A DNA stretch of 64,000 nt, taken from contig OZ024740.1 in the NCBI GenBank assembly GCA_964016885.1, positions 179,242,001 through 179,306,000 of the forward strand, written 5' to 3'. This document shows positions 13,416-23,282 of the stretch, piece after piece; positions within the stretch are counted from its first letter, which is position 1; each line of letters begins with the position of its first letter. Source of the stretch: Eledone cirrhosa (Eukaryota). The position numbers and the translations under genes were made by a program. The notes below the pieces were generated by a model. That model did no database searches. It saw only the letters and a list, made by a program, of their open reading frames with translations, and was not told the DNA's origin.

Positions 13416-13616
13416 ATAGGAAAAGAGTCAAGATCCCGACGGCTGAGTTCCGGCCGTTTCGACAGCTAGATTCGAACTGTTCGGATCTAGCTATCGAAAT
13501 GCCCGGAGCTCAGCCGTCGGGGTCCTCACTATTTTCCTATTACCCACTCTACTACCCTAAGTATTGAGTACTCTGGTGCATTATGGTCCACCTGGTATCT
13601 TACCACATCCTCTTTG

Positions 13617-13620
<4 letters not shown>
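13416..13620. repeat. Palindromic element (13416-13540, centre 13478) made of inverted hammerhead 3' halves, plus unique tail
   Basis: 125-bp near-perfect palindrome. The left arm reads outward (minus strand) GAAACGGC-loop-GCCGTC-GGG; the right arm has two substitutions. Related copies at 38050-38092 and 63130-63298. Confidence 0.85.
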
Positions 13621-13680
<60 letters not shown>

Positions 13681-13686
<6 letters not shown>

Positions 13687-14398
13687 ATAAATCATGTCTA
13701 CAGAATTATTAGAAAAACAAAATATATACTCCATTTCCTCTGCCAAACAGCACAATCGACCATATAAAAAATCAATTATACTAAGCCATAAGGATAAAAG
13801 CTCCTATGAAGCTCCGACAAATAAACGAGAGTGGTTTCTTCGCGTTATCCACAGCAGGTTATTTATCCAACATTTCGACAGCATGCATAAATCGACCAAG
13901 TACATAATTAACCATATGCCATTCGGTGTAAAATCAAACATAGAAGAACTGTGTACATACCGTAACTATCTCTACCATGGTTTCATCCGTATTTTTAGAT
14001 ATCCTATTAATAGGAAATCCATTGAGTTCGGAATCATCAGGAGATAAACTCAAAAATAGACACTTAGTATTCCAAGCCGATCGCGCCAAAATTGGATTCA
14101 AAATGGCTAAGAATCACACTATGGCCGTGGTCAAGTTGGAAAGAATGTGATTTGCTGTTGACGGCGTGTAGGCCTATCGCTCGAAAGCGCAGCCAAATAT
14201 CGCCAAATTTAATCTCAACCTTACGGGAGATTATTAAATATAAAGGTTTACATATACATACATTTATATATGTTAGAACCGGTCACTTTTTAGCTCTATG
14301 AAGAATTAATAAATTAAATACTCAGAGCAATATATTATTATAAATCACGTCTACAGAATTATTAGAAAAACAAAATATATACTCCATTTCCTCTGCCA

Positions 14399-14402
<4 letters not shown>
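13681..14402 (+). repeat. Unclassified element with about 68-bp direct terminal repeats, between (TA)n tracts
   Basis: 13681-13749 recurs at 14334-14402 (attattataaatca..tctgccaaaca). Confidence 0.75.
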
Positions 14403-14456
<54 letters not shown>

Positions 14457-14712
14457 TATGGTTCCATAACTCCCGAGGGACCAGTAGGGGCGCCGTATTG
14501 ATTTGCAGTGTTTCTAGGGCACTTTTAAACCTGACGGAGCTCATCCCTCCAGATCTGAATTCAACAGATTTCATTCCAAGTAGCGTAGAAAGTGAGAGAA
14601 ACGAAATGAGACAGAATCGACCCCAGTACTAGACTGGTACTTATTTTTAATCAACCTCAAATGAATACGTACATTTCACTTCAGGGGTATTTAGTTTTGA
14701 AAGGTAGAAACA

Positions 14713-14778
14713 TCAACAGTGGGACTCGAACTCACACCTGCTATATACTGTTTCGCTGTGCTAACCAATTACACTAAA
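14713..14778 (-). other. tRNA-like fragment (SINE head or tRNA pseudogene)
   Basis: Minus strand has A-box-like TAGTGTAATTGGTTAGCA and B-box GTTCGAGTCCC; no convincing anticodon arm. Confidence 0.5.
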
Positions 14779-14854
14779 TCAGGTTCCGTACACATTCTTT
14801 TTGTCTCCGGTGTTCATATGCCCAACTTATATGATTATATTTCATAGTCAAACT

Positions 14855-14887
<33 letters not shown>

Positions 14888-14952
14888 GTGGTAGAACAAT
14901 GGAAGGTAATATCCGTAGTGGTAGAGCACTCAGACCATGGGACGAATTAGGT

Positions 14953-15116
14953 AGAAGTGGTTACACAACAGTTACTTCACCACACCGAGAACAATTGTTT
15001 CACCTTGGCTGTTGTTTCACCAACAGCCGTTCCCTATAACCATGTCCATTAGGAGCTGAGGATCCGCTAAGGTGAAACAATTGTTCTCGGTATGGTGAAC
15101 TAACTGTTGTGTAACC

Positions 15117-15122
<6 letters not shown>
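14953..15122 (+). mobile_element. Inverted-repeat PLE derivative containing a minimal hammerhead (15053-15088)
   Basis: Arms 14953-15009 and 15066-15122. HHR: gag-CTGAGGA-tcc-gctaa-ggt-GAAAC-aatt-GTT-ctc. Confidence 0.8.
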
Positions 15123-15192
<70 letters not shown>

Positions 15193-15209
15193 GTGATTAC
15201 ACACACACA

Positions 15210-15528
15210 CACATACACACAAGCACACAAATAAACATACATATCTTTACTTTCTTTATTCAATAGAAAATCTGAATTCTGACACCCCAGCGAACTAACC
15301 ATATTCACTGAACCAGAACAATTCTCTCATCCAATTTCTCTTGACCATTATCTTTTGCTTGTCATAAAATTCTCTAAAAAAGCTACAGAATAGATTTCCA
15401 AATAAGGGCGCGAAAATTTAATGAAAACTTGTTCACGTGACAGCCATAATGTCATTTTTAACCAATCAAATTACGTTTATTAAAAAAAAGCCTTCGTGAG
15501 CCCCCTTTTTTTAAAGTAAAAAGAAATT

Positions 15529-15615
<87 letters not shown>

Positions 15616-15925
15616 GCATACACATAAACATACATATCTTTACTTTCTTTATTCAATAGAAAATCTGAATTCTGACACCCCAGCGAACTAACCATATTCA
15701 CTGAACCAGAACAATTCTCCCATCCAATTTTTCTTGACCATTATCTTTTACTTGTCATAAAATTCTCTAAAATGGCTACAGAATAGATTTCCAAATAAGG
15801 GCGCGAAAATTTAATGAAAATTTGTTCACGTGACAGCCATAATTTCATTTATAACCAATCAAATTGCGTTTATTAAAAAAAAGCCTTCGTGAGGCCCCTT
15901 TTTTTTAAAGTAAAAAGAAATTCAA
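15210..15925. repeat. Tandem duplication of an about 320-bp unit separated by (CA)n
   Basis: About 15215-15532 and 15608-15926 are near-identical. Confidence 0.9.
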
Positions 15926-16173
15926 AAACTCATAAATAAAAAAAACAACCCGTGACACCCCCACCCACTTGTTTCAAGAACTTTGTAATGCGAACTGGCG
16001 CGAAATTTATTATAATTATTGACCAACCAATCAAATTACTTCTCGAAAAACCTGCCATTTTAAAAAAAATAAGACTCCAGTTGCATTTTCGATTTCATCT
16101 CTTTTTCTTTATACTTTCACTCGTGTAGGACACCTCGGTTATTTTTCATTTTATAAAAAAACCTCACTTTCTA

Positions 16174-16206
<33 letters not shown>

Positions 16207-16252
16207 TATAGATAAATATACAAGGGTGTGTATGATTGTGTATAGAAGATTA

Positions 16253-17420
16253 TATTAATAAAAGGAATTCGAATTTTGTCTGATTTACTCGTTTTATTTA
16301 TAATCCTTTAAAATTTATAATGGTATTAGAATGAAATAGTATGGTAGAATATTAAATGTTAAGTGTTAATTGAACAAGTACTTTCATGCTTTCGCAATCT
16401 TCAAATTCTATTGTGTGGTGACAGTCAAGTTTGCAATTTTCAACTGTAATGAGATGGGTAAATTTTGTGCCTTATATACAGTGAAAAGTGGCTCCAGAAT
16501 GCTAAATCTTGCAAACTGTATTTCGACCAATCAGTGTGTAGTTTCACTGGATTACTAAAGCTGATTGGTTTAGGCGTCACGGTTGGTTGAGCATGTCTAA
16601 CGACTACTAATTGACCCTATCCAAAGCATCAATTGTTTTGCTATTTTTAGAAATGATGAAAATAGCATTTTCTAGTAATCATCATCATCAACACCACTTT
16701 TATTATTATTATTGTTGTTGTTGTTAGTAGTCGTAGTCATAGTCATAGTAGGATTAATAACCCATTATTATTGTTCATTTAGCTTGGGTTTGAATTTATC
16801 AATAACATTCTTTTCTTTGATTTTTCTCTTGATTTCACTTGGGCTGTGTAATTTGTAGAATGTTGCTAGATGGTTACTTAGGGGTATCTGACGGACATTT
16901 GGGTCTCTGATTTGCTGTCGGTGTACCTGTGCACGTTCCGATAGTGCATTTCCAGTTTGACCGACATATAGTTCTTCATAATTCGGGCATTTAATGCAGT
17001 AAATTAGATTTCTGCTTTTGCAGTTCATATTTGCATTTGAGAATATTTTTCCAGTTTTTGTTTTCATATATTGACCGCCGTGTATGGATTGACATGTGCC
17101 ACATCGACTATCATTGCATTTAGATACAGTGAATGATTGGGCTTTGTTGTTAAGGTCAAACTTTGCTTTTGTTAGTAATTGCTTCAAATTTTTCGGCTGT
17201 CTTTTACTAAGAGTCAAAGATCGATCTGTGATTAAGCCTTTTAATTCATTACTTTGAGTAATGAACGGTAGGTTTGCTTTGCAGTGCTGAAGATATTCTG
17301 GTGACATGGGTTGTGTGTCATTATAAATGGTATGACCAGTTCTTGGTTTCTTCTTCCTTAGGTTGTCCTAATTGTTGTATAGGTATTTTTATAGCCCGCT
17401 GTTTGCCATTTTCTATAAGT
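16253..17420 (-). mobile_element. 5'-truncated Penelope-like element: Cys linker + GIY-YIG + 3' pLTR with hammerhead
   Basis: ORF 16768-17307: RQPKNLKQLL, CNDSRCGTC, CKSRNLIYCIKC, YVGQTG, HRQQI, PKLN. Hammerhead at 16371-16408 on the same strand. Confidence 0.88.
16371..16408 (-). ncRNA. Minimal hammerhead ribozyme (core C to T variant)
   Basis: gaat-TTGAAGA-ttgc-gaaa-gcat-GAAAGTACTT-gttca; homologous to 33435-33473. Confidence 0.7.
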
Positions 17421-18954
17421 AGCAGCTTTTAATCTCTTTGTTTCGTTTGCAGCAATACTTTTATGTATTTATAAATCTGGCAAGTGATATTATATACTTG
17501 GATTTTGTTTCTGGCTTTTGCCTTCCTGGCCGAACATTGAATTGTTTTAAAACGTTGGCCCAGAATCCCTTAATTTTAGAGGCATCAAATCTCAGCCATC
17601 CTTTTATAACAATTAAATGTGGGTTTATATGAAATATTACGAGATATATAGTTATATTTATTAGGGAAGAGTCGGTACATTATAAGTTAGAATTACAAAA
17701 AGTGGAAACGAGCGTAGAGTGCCGCAAAGAAAATATAAACAAAATAAATTTACACTTTTACATTATATTCTGTGGTAATTCGTGTTGGGGACTTCTTTTT
17801 CAACATAAAAGAATGTAGCGCGTTGTCGATAACGAAATGTACACTTCCATTTCTGTATTTCTAATGTGTTTGTAACAGCTTTCTTAAGACATTCATAACC
17901 TAATGGGGAATCGCTAATCTATATAGATGTTTATTACACGTTCATGGCATGGCATACAACTGAGTATATATATACATATATATATATACATAAATACACA
18001 CACGCACACATATATATATATATGTGTGTGTGCATTTGTGCATATACTTGTGCACCTGAAGTATTTTGTGAGTGTTTGTATGTATAAATATACATGAAAC
18101 TACTTCTAACAATCGACCATACGAACACATGTGCATATGTTTTTGTGTGTACTTGGGTGTATACATGTGTCTGCACGTTTGTCGCTTTGTATATATGTGT
18201 GTGTACTTTTATGAGTATGTGTTTTCCCTAAAACTAGATTAGAACGCTGTTTCCTATAAATGTTCATTTAATAAATTCAATTTCAATTTATCTCATGAAA
18301 TAAATAATATTTTAGAAGAAAGAGTAATAAGAAAATGCAATAATGTGTTTTAAACCAATATATAAGGTAAATGATAATGTCAGTTAAGAATATAGGACGA
18401 AAAGACAGAAGACTTTGTACAAGAGGCTCATCAATCACACAGAGATTGTTTTAAGAAATAAATGAGATAATCTCCATGACAAAAAGAAAGAACAATCCCG
18501 AACCTACAATGAATATATACACATAAAATAGTTTAATTCAAATGAAATAAATACATAACGAATTAAGATAACTTAAATTTATATTCGGAAAATTCTGTTA
18601 GCATAAATAACCCTTCATGTAGCTGTGTTGTATCATGCTACATAACAACATTTCCTAAACAAATTCAACTTCATATCAGCGGTGTAAAACATGACCTCAG
18701 AGCAACAGACATTTACAGGTACCTTCTTATAAGCAACACAAATATTATCAATTCACAATCTTTCCTAAGAGCAGCAACACAACATTAACTACAACTAGCA
18801 TTCATTTTCAACATTATGAACTACCATACACGCAAAACACCAAGTGACTAGAATTTATTTACTGCTCACTAATTCTTTTTGAATGTCTTTTGCAGAGTTC
18901 ATTCTGTTACAAGCATTTCGATAATTTCCAGTTTGAGAATATACTCTTTCTTAC

Positions 18955-19012
18955 CTCTCCCCAGTCACGGAAAAGATGAAAGGTTTCATGGTCCCTGCTT
19001 CTTTTTATCTGA
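18955..19012 (-). other. Candidate 58-nt exon of an unidentified host gene
   Basis: Long polypyrimidine tract + TTTAG acceptor, GAG|GTAAGA donor, open frame QIKRSRDHETFHLFRDWGE. Confidence 0.4.
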
Positions 19013-19429
19013 CTAAACAGGAAAAAGAAAAAAGAAAAACTTAGAAATCATATTAAAAGAATAAAACGATGCGTAAAGCCCACAAAGGCTGCAAATTTAT
19101 GTCAAATGAAAAAGCAATAAAATTAATTAATTGGAGCACCGTTACATCACATTTGAAATGAAATTTGCGAACTGTATTAGAACCGTGTTGTTCATTGTTT
19201 TCAATAGCGTTCCGGAATGCTGTCAATGTGCGTTTGTGTGTGGATAATTGGCTATATCATGGCAAATATTCTTTGAGTTAGATATTTTTGCGAGAATAAA
19301 CTGTGCCTCAGGAAAAACTAAATGTTCATTTCTTTTTAGAATATTTGTTTTGTTCTGCAGTATTTCTGTGGGAATATCCGGTGTACAGCTTCAGATTATG
19401 GGAAATTCGGTGCTTTGTATTTTTCGCAG

Positions 19430-19623
19430 TCAGACTTGCCAACATCTAAAAACCCAAACAGGGAGTACCAGGAAAAAAGAACACCCAAATGGGAAGAACT
19501 TAAGCAAAACGGGGAGATTTTACATAATGAAAGCTATACTCATTTTCACAAAAACGGGGAGACATTGAGAAATGAGCCAAAACGGGGAAATCTCCCCGTT
19601 GAATGGGAAGAGCTACATGACTG
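19430..19623. mobile_element. Possible degenerate hAT-like MITE
   Basis: Begins with gacttgccaac and has three AAAACGGGGA subterminal-type repeats; TIR match is poor. Confidence 0.3.
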
Positions 19624-20249
19624 CGTAGTATATCATTCAAATTTGAGACCACATGTAGGATTATGTAGTCTAACATAATCAATGATTAGTCAACTATTTT
19701 GTATGGTCACTATTATCTTATTTAGATTTCTCATATACAGTTGTTTCACTACATTTTCTTAACATAGAGGAAGAAGCAACCGAATTTTGACGAGGCTTTA
19801 GTAAAAGTCGGAATGCTATTTCTGTAGCATGTACTTTAACCACATGACCCATCTTTATTGTGATACTAAATATATGCTCATTAAATATATATATATATTT
19901 AGTATCTCCAATACGACGATATCAAGAGAAAATAAACGAACAGCTGCAACAATAATGTTAAAATACACATTATACTCAAAGAACATTTATTTTCATTTGT
20001 GTAAGAGTTGGAATATGTGTGTATATTATACACACTCACCATTGAAGTGTTCGTGGTCAAATATTATTAGGGTTTGTTGTATATTTATCCATCTATGTTA
20101 CATATATTGATTTCATAAATAGCCATATAAACCCAAATTAAAGCAGCAATAGGCAAAGATTATAAGACGTATAATCTCGAAATTACAACTTCGAATATAT
20201 ATTATATTGAATTCGCCGCTGTTTCCTATCATTGTTCAGTTTTATTAAT

Positions 20250-20400
20250 ATCTTTACGTTCTGAGGTCAAATCCCGCCGAGGTCAGCTTTGTCTTTCATC
20301 CGTTCGATAAAATAAAGTACCAGTAATGCATCGGGGTAGATTTCATCAACTTCCCCCTCACCCAACATTGTTGGTCTTGTGACTAAATCTGAAACTATTA
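20250..20400 (+). mobile_element. SINE, 5'-truncated
   Basis: gttctgaggtcaaatcccgccgaggtcagctttgtctttcatcc...gataaaataaagtaccag core. Confidence 0.85.
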
Positions 20401-20554
20401 ATATCTAAAACAAATAAACAAAATAATACTATTATATTATTTAACTTTGATTTAGATATATTATTTTAAAAGTATGCCAACAAACATCTGCTGCTCAGGA
20501 AATAAATATTCATACTAAATTTATTCCTCCAATCAATGACTGTTTTGGAAAATA

Positions 20555-20638
20555 CTATCAGAATGGCCCGGCGTTGCTCGGGATTTGCTCTAGGGTTCTA
20601 GACAGACAGACAGACATTCTCTGTTTTAGATATATAGA
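20555..20638 (-). mobile_element. 84-bp non-autonomous mini-Helitron
   Basis: Minus strand: A|TCTATATATCTAAAA..(TGTC)n..CCCGAGCAACGCCGGG hairpin..ATAG|T (CTAG variant). Confidence 0.7.
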
Positions 20639-21243
20639 TTAGAAAATGTTATATCGACTATGAACTTTTCATTATGAACTGTGCCGTTAATCAAAAACAA
20701 TTCAGCTACCGAGGTTTATAAATGTAGCCCACAACATTGAAAATATACTTTTATATATTATCATCATTATCATAAATAGCAGAAATTGTAAAAATTGATG
20801 GAAGAAATATGTTCAGACTTCTATGCTGTGAAGCAAAACTCCAGTCAAAGTAGACTTTAATGTTTAATCTCCCAATGGCATTAAAATATTTATCAGGGGG
20901 TCAATTGAAATGACGATAACCCTTGCAATATGGAGTTTATTTGTGCATTCATGTGAGGCATATTGAAGATTTAACGAAAGATATGATTCATAACCGGTAG
21001 AAAAAGTGTGTTCACTTTTTTACAAATGTTACTTTAAATTTTGCAATATTATCTAGAGTTAAAAGGTAAAACAACTGAGTTAGTAATAGTAATATATAAC
21101 AATTATAGGCTGGTTTAGAGGAAGAAAAATTGCACCAGCAAATTTCATATCGTAAATTTTATCCTTGCTTCTGGTTTAAAAACTATTACATTTTCAATTT
21201 AGCTTCAGGCATTTATTTTTCCAGGAAACATGAATTACACAAA

Positions 21244-21322
<79 letters not shown>

Positions 21323-21480
21323 TTCTCTCTCTCTCACATACATGTTATCCTAACTGATACACAAGAACTCATAAAATACATACAAATATCGTGTTTGTAT
21401 GCGTAAATACACATGCACACGCATATATATCGATAGACACATATACTCACTCACATACATTAACACATACACACACACAC

Positions 21481-21517
<37 letters not shown>

Positions 21518-21723
21518 GGATATGTATGTATACACAAACATGTATACACAAACATCCATGCACACACAAATACATATACACATAATCAAATATATATGTA
21601 TATACACTGCTAAAACACCGACGTATAAATTCAGGCACACAGATACATATATGCACATCTACGTGCAATAGGTACACGTAATCACACACACACACATACA
21701 CACACACGTACACACGTACACAC

Positions 21724-21769
<46 letters not shown>

Positions 21770-22480
21770 TCTTTTTCTTTCTCGCCCACTTATTCCTGAA
21801 AGGGTCGTGGGGACAGAGTCTTCTAACACTCCTTCCAGTGGGTCGTGTCAAAAGCAACCGTCTCCAACTAATGCAGCTGGATCCCCAAGCGAGACTAGCC
21901 ATGCTCATGGATTTTATCCCACCATCTTGCACAGGGTCTACCGCTGGGTCTCCTGCCAGTTGGTGTTGCCCGTAAAATTTGTCCAGTGTATCCTTCTTGC
22001 GACCTTCTAACCACATGCACTTATTATCTCTATATCTGGAGAATTAGTGGCTCTACGTGGAGTGACTCTCTGACCTCCGAGCTATCGGAGGAACCCCATT
22101 TCGGCCGCCTGTATTCGCGATCGTATTCTTTCGGTCAATACCCAAGATTCATTACCATTAATAAGAGTTGGCACGGACACTGAAATGAAGATAGCGAGTT
22201 TGGCTTTTACGCCTACTTCCCTTCTTTTGATTACCAAATACTGAAGCTGGCGCATTACTGCTCCAGCTCCTGCAATTCCTGTACTTAATTCAGCCTCCTG
22301 TCTTCTATCACTCGTGAACATGGCCTCGATATACCTGAACTTCTCCACCTGCTTCAATGGAACTCCATACGCATATAGCGTGCACTGTGCAGGCCTCCTT
22401 GAGAGGACAAGTGTCTCAGTGTTTACTGCACTGATCTTTATTTCAGCCATGAAGCCGATTTTCCTTTCAGTTCATATTTC
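21770..22480 (-). mobile_element. RTE-clade (Expander/Rex3-like) LINE, 3' fragment
   Basis: ORF 22082-22450: LKQVEKFRY, KAKLAIF, PTL..G.ESWVLTERIRSRIQAAEMGFLR; continues to the 3' end next to (TA)n. Confidence 0.88.
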
Positions 22481-22759
22481 TTTAAAGCGTTTAGTTGCAT
22501 GACTGTAAGCACAACAACAACGGCATCTTTTCAATTGGTCTCAAGAAGGATGATACATGCGAGAATTGTGTAAACTATCCCCTAACTCAGTTCACAAAGG
22601 GCCGTAAATCTATGCCACAAAGCATGGTGTCCGACCCTCTACCGACACTGTCAATCCACAATAATATTATTATTTCATGAATATCATATGACAATCAGTT
22701 TTTACCTTTGGTATGTACCACTTTTAATTTCTAATCAATTCAATATACCTCTTAACATT

Positions 22760-22867
22760 AATTGTTTCTACTTTAGGCACAAGGCCAGCAATTACTCAGT
22801 GCATCACTGGTACTTTATTTTATCGACCCCGTAAGGATGAAAGGCAAAGTCAACCTCGGCAGGATTT
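22760..22867 (-). mobile_element. SINE, 5'-truncated, with 19-bp TSD
   Basis: Core plus tail; TATACCTCTTAACATTAAT at 22744-22762 and 22867-22885. Confidence 0.9.
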
Positions 22868-23092
22868 ATACCTCTTAACATTAATGTTCTTTTATCAGTT
22901 TTTACTTTTCTAATTGTTGTTACTTTTGAAAATGTCTTAATTTTTATCACTAATTTGAACAAATTACTTCTTCTGATGAGCCTTGCTAATCAAATCAACG
23001 TCTAATACATTTTTCTAATGTTGTTGATGTTGAGACTATTATTATTGTTATTATAATTATAATTATAATTATTATTACTATTAGTAGTAGCA

Positions 23093-23282
23093 GGGCAGGT
23101 GAATTGGCAGTATCGGTAGAGTGTTGGACGCCATGCTTTCTAGCATAGTTACGTCCCTTTACGGTCTGAGTTCAAATCCCGCCGAGGTTAACTTTGCCTT
23201 TCATCCTTACGGGGTCGATAAAATAAAGTACCAGTAATGTACTGGATAATTGCTGGCCTTGTGCCAAAAGTAGAAACAATTA
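23093..23282 (+). mobile_element. Full-length tRNA-derived SINE with about 23-bp TSD
   Basis: A-box-like TGGCAGTATCGGTAG, B-box GAGTTCAAATCC, core GCCTTTCATCCTTACGGGGTCGATAAAATAAAGTACCAG; ATTATTACTATTAGTAGTAGCAG on both flanks. Confidence 0.92.

Noticed and set aside
22972-23000. CTGATGAG motif; also CTGATGA at 52472 and CTGAAGA at 47803
   Set aside because: No convincing stem II-GAAA-stem III-UH continuation; they may be remnants but cannot be supported.
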